A stretch of 48,590 bases of DNA, counting the filler, from Jimgerdemannia flammicorona (Eukaryota): the NCBI GenBank assembly GCA_003990765.1. It is 2 parts of 2 records of this genome, joined end to end, with 100 filler letters (N's around TTAATTAATTAA, not from the genome) between each part and the next. Parts side by side here need not be neighbours in the genome. Positions count along the whole stretch, not along the records: positions 1 to 24,250 come from RBNJ01001000.1; 1 more part is not named here. The stretch is one strand, 5' to 3'. Under the pieces are notes generated by a model, which saw only the letters and a list, made by a program, of their open reading frames with translations, made no database searches and had not been told where the DNA came from. How positions within the stretch are numbered: position 1 is the first letter of the stretch; every line of letters begins with the position of its first letter. The translations under genes and the position numbers were made by a program. Below are positions 1 through 12,137 of this stretch, one piece after another.

Positions 1-123
1 AAAAAAAAAACTAAAACTATTATATTTTAGTAGTAATGATAAAGTTATATATATTTCATCTTATTAAAAAAATCTTATATAAATTTGAGAACTAGTTATA
101 ATTAGTTAAATTAAATATAGTAT

Positions 124-390
124 TATAATATAGTAGACACATAACTGTATAAATATATCAGATTTCTGTATCTTGAAAACTTGATCTTTTTTAACTTTGC
201 AGAGTCCTCAGAATGTAGGAGTAGGTGAGTTCAAAGTGTATCTGCCCACAGGCTTACTATTTCTCTTTGCTTTAAATTATTTTGATCTGAGGTTTATTTA
301 CTCTAAATACTGAGAATATTTATATAAGTTTGCTAGCTATAAGATGACTAAGTTATAACTATGTTTTCTATGAGTCACTTTTCACAAGTG
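124..390 (-). repeat. 3' LTR of element A (portion alignable to the 5' LTR; true LTR may extend further right)
   Basis: Aligns to 14753-15030; on the minus strand contains TATAAATA followed by AATAAA. Confidence 0.75.
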
Positions 391-539
391 TTAATTCTTA
401 ATATTTGTTAAATCTTTAACATCTGTGAAATCTCAATATTTGTAAAAATGTTAACATTTACCAAAACTTTAACATTTGTAAAATGACTACTATTTGTAAA
501 GCTATATTATATTTGGAAATCAGATTTAGATATATATTA

Positions 540-1032
540 CAATCAAATATCTATCTTCTAATTTATATTTCTAATTTAGATCAACTATCACAACTTTCTC
601 CTAAATAGGTAATTTGTTCTTGAAATATCCTATTCACTTAAACTCTCAAGATTCTACAAGTTATATCTTCTTATACTGTATAATTTATATTATTATATTC
701 TCCCAATAGTGTCTTTTGATATATCTGAAATCTCTTGAGACTACTTTTCAGAAATGAGCTAGGACTGGCCTATTATCTTTTAATAACTTATTAATCTATT
801 TAGTGATAGTAATTTATATATAAGAGAGCTAGTACTCTTTAATCTAGTCTTTTTTTCCTATCTCTGATTGTAAGTTTAGTAGCTATTCTAACTTAAAGTA
901 TTCTTAAAGTTCTGGTAGACCTTGAAATGTGAAATTCATAATAAGTATATCTATATTATACTCTAGATACTATCAAAGAATTCCTCTATTTGGGGTGGCT
1001 TAGTAGTATACTATTGTCTTTCTATGGCTCAT
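540..1032 (-). pseudogene. Decayed accessory ORF of element A, homolog of the LTR-encoded protein of B and C
   Basis: Manual translation from ATG 1032 through stops gives PEL*EYFKLE*LL...ITK*INKLLKDNRPVLAHF*KVVSRDFRYIKRH. The second block aligns without gaps to B TAKKIHQIFRHAPWSIPNLEYVRVSDFRDLSSH, and the first resembles B WQEYEIENLL. Confidence 0.5.
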
Positions 1033-1079
1033 TATGTAGTGTTAGTAATATTGAGAGCTATAGCAGTACTCTATTAATT

Positions 1080-2253
1080 AGCCATAATACTTCTTGAGTT
1101 AGTTTTAGCAAATAGTAGTAAGGATGATTGTACCTGAGAGTTTTCATAGTCAAAAGGTAATTTCTTTTATATCTTATATAAGGTAAGATCTTTCCCACTT
1201 CAGCTTTTATAACTATGAAGCTTCTACTATGTTTCAATATACTAGAACTTTGTCTCTTATCTTGATAATCTCTAGAGACCTGTGAATCTTTTCTGTATTA
1301 TTCTGTTATAGTATCTGTATCTTGGTTATATAATTCTTAACCTTTTTTCTGATTTGATATAGTCTTTGAACATTTATATCCATATATTTCTATATAGTAT
1401 CTCTATTAGATAATAAGATTTCTTGAGAACTTTCTTCTCTATATAGTATTTCCTAAGAAGTAAAATAGATACTTTGTGATCAGATATTCCAGAGAGCAGA
1501 TAATACTATTGATAGATAGTGATCCTAATTTTCATAGTTATTGCAGATCTTGATGATGATATTCTTGAGAGTTTTATTAGTCTTATCTATTTCTCTAAGA
1601 GTAATAGGCTGTAGTCTGAATGTACTGGATCTTATACTTCTTGTAGAGAATCTCAAAGAATTGGTTTACAAATTCTATTTCACTGTCTATAGTTACTTGT
1701 AATAGAGTCTTAAATTGGCAGATAATTTCTTTATAGAAGAAATTAGCAATTGACTATATATTGGCTTCTTGAGAGATCCTATCTCTATCTATTTCATAGA
1801 AAGATCTATAATAATAATGATATATTAGTTTCTAGTCAAAGTCAAGGATAGAGGACTAATTACATCTATTACTATGTGGGCAAAGAGTACTAGTTCTATA
1901 TATGCTAATCCTAGAGTCTGATTTCATTGATCTTATTTCTGTTTTTGACATTTGTCACAGATTTTGATAAATTGTCTAATACCTTTCTCTATTTCAGACC
2001 ACTATATTGTTCTTCTTACTTTTTCATAGATATTTATTTCTCCTAGATAGCTAAGTTTATATACTAATTTCATTACTTACTTCTTCTTGTATTTGGGTAT
2101 AACTAATAGCTTTTCTTTCTTCAGTATTTCTCTATTGGTTTTGAATTATTTCTATATTCTATTGATAATCATTTGTATCCATTTTTCCAGATATTGGGGC
2201 ATCTTTTACTGTCCCAGATAGATGATAATTTCATAGTAAAGCTCTTTATTCAT
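1080..2253 (-). pseudogene. Integrase relic of element A
   Basis: Starts MNKELYYEII like B; nucleotide collinearity with B integrase (CDKCQK zinc finger, core, ..LKKYY end); many stops. Confidence 0.8.
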
Positions 2254-3455
2254 TATTGATTTATAGGTTGGAGATTCTTCAGAGTATCTGTAAGAGAGTA
2301 TCTATATTGGCATTGGTTCTTTTAGGATAGTATATGATAGTTATTTATAGGTCTACAACTTCATAATCTATCTAGCATAGATTTCTTTGGATTACTCAGT
2401 GATCAGTAGCTAGGTGAGAGCTGAATGATCTGTCTGGATAGTGAAGTATCTTTTAGTAAGATAGTAGTAGAACTTTTCTATAGTCTAGATAACTGCAAGA
2501 TATTCCAACTTATAAGATTTATATTCTTTTTCAGCTCTGCAGATTCCTTGACTGAAATATATAATGATATATTCTACTTTGTCCTTCTTCTGAGCTAGGA
2601 CTACTCCTAGTTCTTGTATACTTATATCTATCTGTAGAATGAATTCTTGAGTCCAATCAGATCTTCTAAAATGAGTGCTTGGGTCAGTCTGATCTTGAGT
2701 TCATCAAATACTTTTTATTGTCTGCCAGTCTATTGGAACTTGATATCCTTCTTATTGAGTTTGTAGATTAGATCTGCAATATTGGAGAATCCTTTGATAA
2801 ATCTGTAGTAGTATAAGATGAGTCCCATAAAGGCTTGGGCTCTATCTTTCCATATCATAGTAGAAGATTTTGTTCATTATTTTCTGGAAGCTTACTGGTA
2901 TATTGTACATTCTGAATAGCATTTATAGGTAGACATAAGTTTCATCTGGAGTGATGAAGGCTGACTTCTTACTTACTGCTTCTATAAGACTAATTTGATA
3001 GAATTCTGAATATAAATCCAAAGTGCTATAATACTATACTTTATCTTCTAGAGTCACAAGGATATTGCTGATGAGAGGTAGTGGTTGACAATCCTTCTTA
3101 GTAGTCAGATTGAGCTTCCTGTAATCAGTATAGAGTCTTGGAGTGAATTCTTCTAGTTTTCTTTCCTTCTTTAGAGCTAGTACAACCGGTGAAGCCTAAG
3201 GACTGCTGGCTTCTTTAATAATACTGGCTTCTACCATCTGCTTGATTTCTTCTCTAAACCATTCATAGTAGGCTGACAGAATTAGTCTTGCTTTTTGGTA
3301 GATTGGTTTAGTGTCTCCTATATCTATATCATAATAGTAGTATGGGGTTTTTTCTTTGATATCCTTGAAATCTATGGCCAGAATATGTATCCTTAAATTC
3401 ATAGAGTATCTTCTTGAGTTCCTTTTTGAGTAAAAATTCATTTCTAATAATATAG
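2254..3455 (-). pseudogene. Reverse transcriptase/RNase H relic of element A
   Basis: ORF 3196-3441 (DIGDTKPIYQKAR..EASIIKEASSP) matches the B RT N-terminus; downstream sequence collinear with B RT/RH, with an internal deletion. Confidence 0.8.
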
Positions 3456-4948
3456 TATCACATAGTGGTTGTTGAGTCCTTCAAATACACCAGATTCTCT
3501 TCAAGGTGTATCTCTTAGACTAACTCAAGTTGTTATAAGCAAGTTCTTATTGGAGTGCCTTCCCAAGGTCTTATAGTTCTCAAACTTCTTATCTTTAACT
3601 GTCTTGTTATCTCTTAGATTGCTTGTAAGAAAGTGTGTATATTGCACTGAGAGGAACTGACTTTATTTCAGAGGAAATAAGAGAGGTATTTATATAAAAT
3701 ATAATTTAATGGTTGCTAAGATATAAAGCTAAATATAAATTCCAATAACTAAAACTACTAAGTTCCAGGGCTGTCATTATTTAGTATCACATCAAAATAC
3801 CAGTGCTGGAATAATTTTGCATCATCTCAGAATGCCAGTGTTGGCATTATCCAGTATTACATGAGAATACCGGTGCTGGCATTATCCAGTGTAACAAAGA
3901 ACTTAGAGCAGAAAGTTCAGGATTATGGGGGCTTCATCATTATCATCACTGAAGGAGATGAGATCCGCGAATTCGTCATTTTCATATGCTTCGATGTTAT
4001 ATGGGATGATGTCATCGATGATATCATCACATTCAGCTGTGGCGGAGAAATCGGGGACAAGGTCTGGAGCTCTCCAGTCTATGAGGTTCTCTTCCACAAA
4101 ATAAGGAACAAATGTGGGGTCTTGGAGAGATCTAACCTGGATGCTTGGGCCTTGGAATACTGAGATCAATTCTTGCAGGAATTGATCTGGGTTGTCCTGA
4201 AGGATAGGGTGCCAGAAGTCTTCTACTTCTTCGCTGTTGAGGGTGATAGTGGACTGGGCTTCTGTAGCCACCCTGGCTTCTAGTGCATTGATATGGTGGG
4301 ATGATAGGTCTCTGAAATCTGAGACTCTAACATACTCCAAGTTGGGGATCGACCATGGTGCATGCCTGAAGATCTGATGAATCTTCTTAGCTATCCTTGT
4401 TTCGTATATATCCATGGGAGTGGTATCTTGTAGCTCTTGGGTGCTGGCCTGTGGGAACTCCCAGCAGAGGAGGTTTCCTATTTCATACTCCTGTCATATT
4501 TAGAGGTATTCGGTAGTAATGGTGATCCTTGTTTCCATTTTGCAGTGGTAGAGAATAAAGTGATAAGGGTCTGCAGTACCCAGGTTGACACTAGGAGTCC
4601 TTCTTGAGTGGGTCCTCATGGCTCTTCTGATGTCTTGGAACATCCTTTCCTCGACTGAGATACCTTGGTGATTTCTTGACCTTGAGATTTGGCAGGCAGC
4701 AGGCATTTTGTTTGTAGTAAGTCTTTGAGCTATTTTGGGATTAGTGGTTCTTGTTGGTTGCTGCTACTGCGGTTCCTTGATCCTTCTTTTATATTCTTCA
4801 AGATGCTTGTGCTGTGGTCACAATGACTCACAGTTGGTCATCATTGCTCATCTTATATGCTGTATGATCTTCTTGTGCTCCAATCTAGTGGCTTGTAAGG
4901 AAAGGCTGTCTCCTGTGCTGATATCATCATTCTGGAGTCACTGTTATA
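3456..4948 (-). repeat. 3' LTR of element B (1493 bp)
   Basis: Direct repeat of 10646-12137; both termini mutated from TG..CA to TA..TA. Confidence 0.95.
3903..4706 (-). pseudogene. LTR-encoded accessory protein, 267 codons, 3' LTR copy (two nonsense codons near 4493-4502)
   Basis: ORFs 4500-4706 and 3903-4415 share a frame; the stops sit where the 5' LTR copy has Q and W codons. Confidence 0.8.
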
Positions 4949-4958
4949 TCTTCCTCCT
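4949..4958 (-). promoter_or_regulatory. Polypurine tract of element B
   Basis: AGGAGGAAGA on the minus strand immediately before the 3' LTR. Confidence 0.8.
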
Positions 4959-5262
4959 GAATAAGGATCTTCCTGAGCATCCTTATTCATTGGTCTAGTT
5001 CTGAAAAATTTGCTGATCCCATAACCTCTGGCAAGGGGTCAAAAACTGGTATTTATGGGCTAGCATCTTCCCTTTGTATTTTGGCATGATGGTGAAGGGT
5101 CACTCCCTTCATATAGAGCAAGGGCCTGATTCTGATCTTGACCAATCAGTTGACAGTTCGAACTTCTCTGACTGTGAAAGTCTTATGGATGAGTAGTTGC
5201 CAGTACCGTATCCCTTAGAGAATGGTCCAGACAGATAGTCTGCTGGTCACGGGACATGCTGT

Positions 5263-6507
5263 TATGATTTGCGGACTAGAACCTCATGGGCGGTCATCAC
5301 ATTTTGCTTCTCTTGTATAGGTTCGTGGTACTTCTTAAGTCTGTTCCTATGTACCATGGTAGGCAGTATAGTCCCTGAAATTTTTCTAAGCCAGAAGGTA
5401 GTTCCCTTGATATCTTGCACATAGAAGGGTCCTTCTCATTTGGGCTCCAGTTTTCATGACCATGAGGCTTCTATTATATTTTGATACAGTAGAACCTTTT
5501 CTCCAATTCAGATGGGTTCTAGGGCCTTGTGATTCTTTTCCGCATTCTTCCTTATCAGTGCTTGTGACTTAGTGATGTAATCTTCAGCCTTCTTCCTGAT
5601 TTGGTGTAGTTTCCGGATTTCTGCATCAACCCATCTCCAAGTTAGGTCTAGATTTGTAGCTGAGGTTCCATTAGAATCTTCTTCTCTGAAGAGCAGCTCT
5701 CTTGGGGTAAAATGTGTGCTCTGTGACCATATATCTCATAGAATGGAGAGGGTAGTTGGGAGATAGTTATCCCAATTCTCATATGTCTCTGAGATCTTTG
5801 CTAGGATGTTCTTAAGGGTCTTGTTGGTTCTCTCTGTCTGTCCATTTCCTTGAGGGTGGTATGCAGTGGTCTTGATGTGCTGGATCTTGTATTTCTGGTA
5901 TATTATCTTGTGGAATCCATTGACAAATTCTGTGCCATAGTCTGTTGTGATTTGCTTTGGTGTCGTAGTGGCAGATGATTTCTCGGTATAGGAAATTGGC
6001 TATAGAGAGTGCATTGGCTTCTTGTAATGCTCTTGCCTCTATCTATTTGGTGAAGAGGTCTATAATAACTATAATATAGTGGTTTTCTGATAGTGTTACT
6101 GGTAGTGGTCCAATGATATCTATTGCAATGTGGTGGAAGGGGATAGGCTCAATTCTTGACGATCCGGGTGCCTGGTCTTGCTGATCTTGTTTCTGTTTTT
6201 GGCACTTATCACACCCTTTGACAAATTGGCACAGGTCTTCTTCCATCTTGGGCCACCACATGGTTCTTCTTGCCTTATCATATGTGTTGGTTCCTCCTAA
6301 GTATCCTTGCTCATGTACTTCCTTCATTACTTGATACTTCTTGTGTTCAGATATTACTAGCTTTCCTCCTTTTCTGAGTATAGTGTTGTCTAATTCAAAC
6401 TATTTCCAAGTCTGGTTGATGATGGTGATTGTCCAGAGTTTGAGGTGGTTGGGCATCTTCTGCTGCCCAAGGTAGCTGATTAATCCATAGTATAGCTCCT
6501 TATTCAT
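5263..6507 (-). pseudogene. Integrase of element B, separate ORF with its own ATG
   Basis: VHEQGYLGG..WWPKM..CDKCQ zinc finger, IAIDIIGPLP and ITTDYGTEF core, AYHPQGNGQTERTN, EPK*EGPFYV GPY/F motif; a few stops and a frameshift near 5965. Confidence 0.9.
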
Positions 6508-6508
6508 A

Positions 6509-9500
6509 TTAAATAGTCTTGATGGAGATGTTTCGGGGTGTCCTTGAGAGTACATCAGCATTGGTGTTGGTCTTTCCTGGGTGGTGCTTGACAGTACAGT
6601 CATATTCTTGCAGCCTGTAGATCCATCTGACATATATTCCTTTGGGGTTCAGAGTGTGGAATAGCCAGGCAAGAGCGGAATGGTCTGTTTGAATGGTGAA
6701 GTGTTTTCTAGCTAGGTAGTAGTAGAACTTGTCTACTGCCCAAACTACTGCTAAGTATTCAAGCTTGCATGACTTATAGTTCTGTTCTGCTCCATGGATA
6801 CCTTGGCTTGCATAGGAGATAACATATTCATGTCCATCTTTCTTCTGAGCTAGGACTGCTCCAAGTCCTATAGCACTTGCATCTGTCTGCAGGATGTATT
6901 CTAGGTTCCAGTCTGGTCTTCTGAGGATGGGTGCTTGGGTCAACCTGGTCTTGAGTTCATTGAAGATTTCTTGGTACTCCTTGGTCCATTCAAATTTGGT
7001 CTCCTTCTTCAGTAGCTCATAGATAGGTGCTGCAATGTTGGAGTATCCTTTGATGAATCTTCTGTAGTAGCTGGCCAGTCTAAGGAAGGCATAGACTTCT
7101 GTGGTTGTTCTGGGTCTTGGGTAGGCTGCAACAGCCTCAATCTTCATAGGGTCTGTGTGGATTCTGGTCTGGTTGATGAGGTGTCCTAGGTAGGCGATTT
7201 CTTGAGCTGCAAACTTGTATTTCTTGGGCTTGATGTAGAGGCCATACTCCTTAAGCCTCTTAAGGGCTAGCTGTATATGGTTGATATGTTCCCATGCAGT
7301 GTTGCTGAAGATGATCACATCATCAATATAGACAAAGAGCCATTTTCCAATCTCGTTGCTGAAGACTCTGTTCATCATTTGCTGGAAACTTGCTGGGGCA
7401 TTGCACATTCCAAATGACATTCACAGATAGATATAGGTAGCATCAGGTGTGATGAAGGCTGATTTCTCACTAGCATCTTGAGTGAGACTGATCTGATAGA
7501 AGCCTAAGAACAGATTCAAGGTGGTGTAGTATTTAGCTTTGCTTTCAAGGGTGGTAAGGATTTCTTGAATATTCAGCAAGGGCTGCCTATCCTTCTTAGT
7601 GATGGCATTGAGTTTCCTGTAGTCAATGCAGAGTCTTGATGCAAACTCTCCAGACTTGCTTCCTTTCTTCGGGGCAAGGACAATGGGTGAGGCCCAGGGG
7701 CTGATAGCTTGCTTGATGATTCCAGCTTCTTCCATTTCCTTGAGTTCGGCTCACAGCCACTCTCTGTAGGCAGGTGGTATGGGTCTGGCTTTCTGGTAGA
7801 TAGGCTTTGTATCACTAGTATCAACTTTGTGGTGGTACTTGGGTTCTTGATTGTGGATATCCCTAAAGTCTGTAGCAAGTACTCCTTCATTCTGGTACAG
7901 GATCTTGAGAAGTTGTTCCTCTAGGGGAAATTTTTCTCCAATGGTATATGTGTGCTTGTTCTGGTCCTTGTCTTTCTTATGCTCAAGTTCAGTAATCTTG
8001 GTGGCAGCATAGGCTCCTCTTCCAGTAGATCCAAAGCCTTGTTCTCCTCTCTTGGTCTTGATAAGTTCAGTGGCCTCTATGATCTTGGGCTTCTTGATTT
8101 CGTAGATCAGCATCTGGCCAATCCTGTCATGCTTCTTGACTTCGAAGGGGGTGGTGTGATTATGATTTCTGACTATGAGAAAAATCTCACCAGTATAATC
8201 AGGGTCAATTACTCCTCCTTCAACTGAGATTTCGCTTTTGGCCAGACTGCTCCTGATCTTGATAATTCTGGTATAGTTTTCTGGCAGCTTGACTCCAATT
8301 CCAGTACCAAGTAGGGTGGTGGTCTGTAGTTCGAGGGTAGCATCTTGGATGCTGGCAAGGTCCATTATTATGGCTCCTTCAGTCTTGTATTCTGGGATCT
8401 TGGCTTCAGGGTGAAACTTCTTGATCTTGAGGATGATGTCTGATTCTTGTTCCTCCTCATCATCACTGTCAGCTTGAAGCTCTGGGGGCTGGTCATCTTC
8501 TTCAGCTTTCCTTTTTGCTTCGGCAGCTTCTTGCTCATATTTCTGTTGGCAGATTTTCCTGACTTCGCTGATACAGGACCAGCAGTCATTCAGGTGTTCG
8601 GAGCAGTACATTCTAGTACCATGGGGGCATCTTCCTTGAGGGGCATACCCATCGATGATCTTGTTATACCACTGCTCATCTGTGAGCTTGGGTGTCTTGT
8701 TCTTGTTCTTGTTCACTGAGTGCATGAAGACCTCTGTGTCTTCTTCATCTCCTTTCTCCATGTCTGACAGGACTCCTTTGTGGACATTGATAGAAACTCG
8801 TACCTTTCTTCCTCTGTAGTTGATCTGCATCTTCTGGGCATTGAGGTCAATGATGGCCTTGGCCTTGTGAAGCCATTGGTTGCCAATGAAGATGTCATAG
8901 TTGGTGGTGCTTGTAACAATCATGTCTACTGGGATGGTAGCTCCTCCTATCTTAATGGGGACTTCTCAGATTTTGCCAAGGGGGGTAGCTCATATACCAT
9001 CTGCTGTGACATAGATCATCTTGGTGGACTCTTCAATATCCCAACCTAGGCAGTCAATTGCCTTCTTGCTCATGAGGCATCCTCCAGCACCAGTATCAAT
9101 GATGGTATCAAAGATACAGTCTTTGATCTGGCAGAGGGTATAGGCTGATGTCTTACACTGGTCTTCGGATTCTTCATCTGAGTTCTCAGATTCTTCTTGT
9201 GCATTGTAAGCTTCTACAATCTTGTACTCTTGATTCTTGACAATAGTTGCAAGTCCTACTCTCAACTGCTGTCTGAAGGCAGAGACTTCAGCTAGCTGCC
9301 CAAAAGTGGCATTGACCTTCTGTTCCTTAAGGTCCTTATAGATGTCATACTGGTGGATCTTGGTCTTGTACAGCTTCTGTTCCTTCTTGCTCTCACTTTC
9401 TCCTGAGACTGGAGTAGTGCCTTCAATAATTTGGTAGGCAGCTTTATCTAACTCTATGTCTTGATCAATCTCCTCATTTTGGGTCTTGCTTTGAATAGTG

Positions 9501-10525
9501 ACAGTTGAAATCTTCTTTGGTCTTCCAACTGGCTTGCTGTTGCTCTTCTTGTCATAGGGCTTGGACCAGGTTCTGGTACCTTCAGTAGCAGGGTAGAATT
9601 CAAGCTCCTCATAGTATTCTTCATCATCAGTGTCACTGATCTCCTCGATGACTACTGTATTAGTTTGTTCTCTGGTTCTGCTAGCATTGCTTGGTTGGGC
9701 TTTGTGTCTCGTTTTGGTCATGCAAATCTTTGCATAGTGGCCTTCTTCTCTACATCTAAAGCATGTGATATTGCATTCTTCTGTAGCAGCTGCAAATCTC
9801 TGTACTGGTCTCCTGTTGACACTTTGGACTTCTCTAATAACATCACCAAGGTGTACAGTCATCTTGGTGAACTGCTTGGCAAGTTCTTCCACTGGGTCAG
9901 CTTTGGCTATCTTGGGGGTAGGTGGGGTTGGTTGTCTGTTTACAACTGTGGTAGGTAAGATACTAGTTGGCTTTGATGGCTCCATTTTTATGCCAGTTAT
10001 TTTCTCCATTGAGTGTTCGGCAGGGTGTCTGGCAGTCCAATATCTCTGTACAAAGACCACTTTCTGATCAAGGGTCAGTATAGCTGGGGTAGACCGAATT
10101 GCTAGGGCAATTTCAGGGTGAACTCCTTTGAGGAAGGTTGAATCTGCTATTTGTTCCTTGAGGTGGTCATCATAGCCAGCCAAGACAATCTGGTGACAGA
10201 TTCAGGTATAGAATGAGTTGGGATCTTCACTAAGTCTCTGGCAGATAGTATTGAGTTGATCCTTGAGAGCTTGCTTGATCTCTTTAGTATAATATGTTGT
10301 TCTAAGGAAGGCCTTCATATTGGCAAGTTTGGCTGCACTAGCATCAACAATGGTGGCTGCATTGAACTTGTCTCTAGCAGATCCTCTGAGACTGACTGGT
10401 AGAAGGGCCAATTGAGCATCCACACCAAGGGCTCATATAGTAGTGAATTGTTCAAAGTCTTCAATGAAGGTCAGGATTGACTCTTCAGTAGTATATTCAT
10501 AGAATGTAGGGGGGTGCATTTCCAT
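6509..10525 (-). pseudogene. gag-PR-dUTPase-RT-RNase H polyprotein of element B, one reading frame broken by nonsense codons
   Basis: ORFs beginning at 10423, 10183, 8923, 7735 and 7420 share a frame; motifs CFRCREEGHYAKIC, IIDTGAG, dUTPase motifs, RLCIDYRKLN, YIDD, TDAS, TDHSAL, NADVLSR. Confidence 0.93.
8020..8430 (-). other. dUTPase domain in element B pol
   Basis: Trimeric dUTPase motifs RSSLA, GGVIDPDYTGEI, RIGQ, RGEQGFGSTG. Confidence 0.93.
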
Positions 10526-10624
10526 TTTATCTTGAATTCTTGCAGAGGTGACTCTTGTAGTCAGGGTAGTTGTTGTGGGGGTTGTTTGTTTTTCAGCTTG
10601 AAAGTGAGGGATTCATCTTAAATC

Positions 10625-10642
10625 ACCAGTCAATGGGCACCA
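10625..10642 (-). promoter_or_regulatory. Primer-binding-site-like motif of element B
   Basis: TGGTGCCCATTGACTGGT begins 3 nt after the LTR end; conserved in D (from 15968) and degenerate in A. tRNA identity not determined. Confidence 0.65.
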
Positions 10643-10645
10643 AGT

Positions 10646-12137
10646 TGTCACATAGTGGTCACTGAGTCCTTCAAATACACCAGATTCTCTTCAAGGTGTA
10701 TCCCTTAGACTAACTCAAGTTGTTATAAGCAAGTTCTTATTGGAGTGCCTTTCCAAGGTCTTATAGTTCTCAAACTTCTTATCTTTAACTGTCTTGTTAT
10801 CTCTTAGATTGCTTGTAAGAAAGTGTGTGTATTGCACTGAGAGGAACTGACTTTATTTCAGAGGAAATAAGAGAGGTATTTATACAAAATATAATTCAAT
10901 GGTTGCTAAGATATAAAGCTAAATATAAATTCCAATAACTAAAACTACTAAGTTCTAGGGCTGGCATTATTTAGTATCACATCAAAATACTGGTGCTGGA
11001 ACAATTTTGCGTCACCTTAGAATGCCGGTGCTGGCATTATCCAGTGTTACATAAGAATACCGGTACTGGCATTATCTAGTGTAACAAAGAACTTAGAGCA
11101 GAAAGTTCAGGATTATGGGGGCTTCATCATCATCATCACTGAAGGAGATGAGATCCACGAATTTGCCATTTTCGCGTGCTTCAATGTTATGCAGGATGAT
11201 ATCATCAATGATGTCATCATGTTCGGCTGTGGCAGGGAAATCGGGGACAAGGTCTGGAGCTCTCCAGTCTATGAGGTTCTCTTCCACAAAATAAGGAACA
11301 AATGTGGGGTCTTGGGGAGATCTAACCTGGATGCTTGGGCCTTGGAATACTGAGATCAATCCTTGCAGGAATTGATCTGGGTTATCCTGAAGAATAGAGT
11401 GCCAGAAGTCTTCTACTTCTTCACTGTTGAGGGTGATAGTGGACTGGGCTTCTGTAGCCACTCTGGCTTCTAGTGCATTGATACGGTAGATGATAGGTCT
11501 CTGAAATCTGAGACTCTAACATACTCCAAGTTGGAGATTGACTATGGTACATGCCTGAAGATCTGATGAATCTTCTTAGCTGTCCTTGTTTCGTGTATAT
11601 CCATGGGAGTGACATCTTGTAGCTCTTGGGTGCTGGCCTGTGGGAACTCCCGGCAGAGGAGGTTTTCTATTTCATACTCCTGCCACATTTGGAGACATTC
11701 GGTAGCAATGGTGATTCTTGTTTCCATTTCATGGTGGTAGAGGATAAAGTGATAAGGGTCTGCAGTACCCAGGTTGACACTAGGAGTCCTTCTTGAGTGG
11801 GTCCTCATGGCTCTTCTGATGTCTTGGAACATCCTTTCCTTGACTGAGATACCTTGGTGATTCCTTGACCTTGAGGTTTGGTGGGCAGCAGGCATTTTAT
11901 TTGTGGTAAGTCTTTGAGCTATTTTGGGATTGGTGGTTCTTGTTGGTTGCTGCTACTGTGGTTCCTTGATCCTTCTTTTATATTTTTCAAGATGCTTGTA
12001 CTGTGGTCACAATGACTCACAGTTGGTCATCATTGCTCATCTCGTATGCCGTATGATCTTCTTGGGCTCCAATCTGGTGGCTTGTAAGGAAAGGCTGTCT
12101 CCTGTACTGATGTCATCATTCTGGGGTCACTGTTACA
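10646..12137 (-). repeat. 5' LTR of element B (1492 bp)
   Basis: Minus-strand TGTAAC...GTGACA termini; TATAAATA at 10877-10884, AATAAA at 10852-10857, ~33-bp tandem repeats at ~10960-11085. Confidence 0.95.
11093..11895 (-). pseudogene. LTR-encoded accessory protein, 5' LTR copy (stop at 11542-11544 and 1-bp deletion near 11490)
   Basis: ORFs 11542-11895 and 11093-11461; 803 bp versus 804 bp in the other LTR. Confidence 0.8.

Larger units (their letters stand above)
3456..12137 (-). mobile_element. Full-length Gypsy-type LTR retrotransposon B (8.68 kb) with dUTPase and LTR-encoded ORF
   Basis: Two ~1.49-kb LTRs (TG..CA intact in the 5' copy), 4-bp TSD ATAG at 3452-3455 and 12138-12141, PBS-like motif, PPT, domain order PR-RT-RH-IN. 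Confidence 0.95.

Noticed and set aside
860..930. FKVYQNFKN as the A homolog of KIHQIFRH
   Set aside because: A longer gapless match exists in the ATG-1032 frame; this one is probably chance.
3861..4998. Antisense ORFs in the B LTRs (3861-4163, 4735-4998, 11924-12157)
   Set aside because: 3861-4163 shadows the sense ORF; the other two recur only because the LTR is duplicated; no homolog noticed in C.
4959..5258. Extra small ORF or env between integrase and PPT in B (ATG 4 nt after the integrase stop)
   Set aside because: The frames I read contain stops, with no hydrophobic segment and no counterpart found in A.
5263..5450. Chromodomain at the end of B integrase
   Set aside because: The ORF stops shortly after the GPY/F motif; no chromodomain residues seen.
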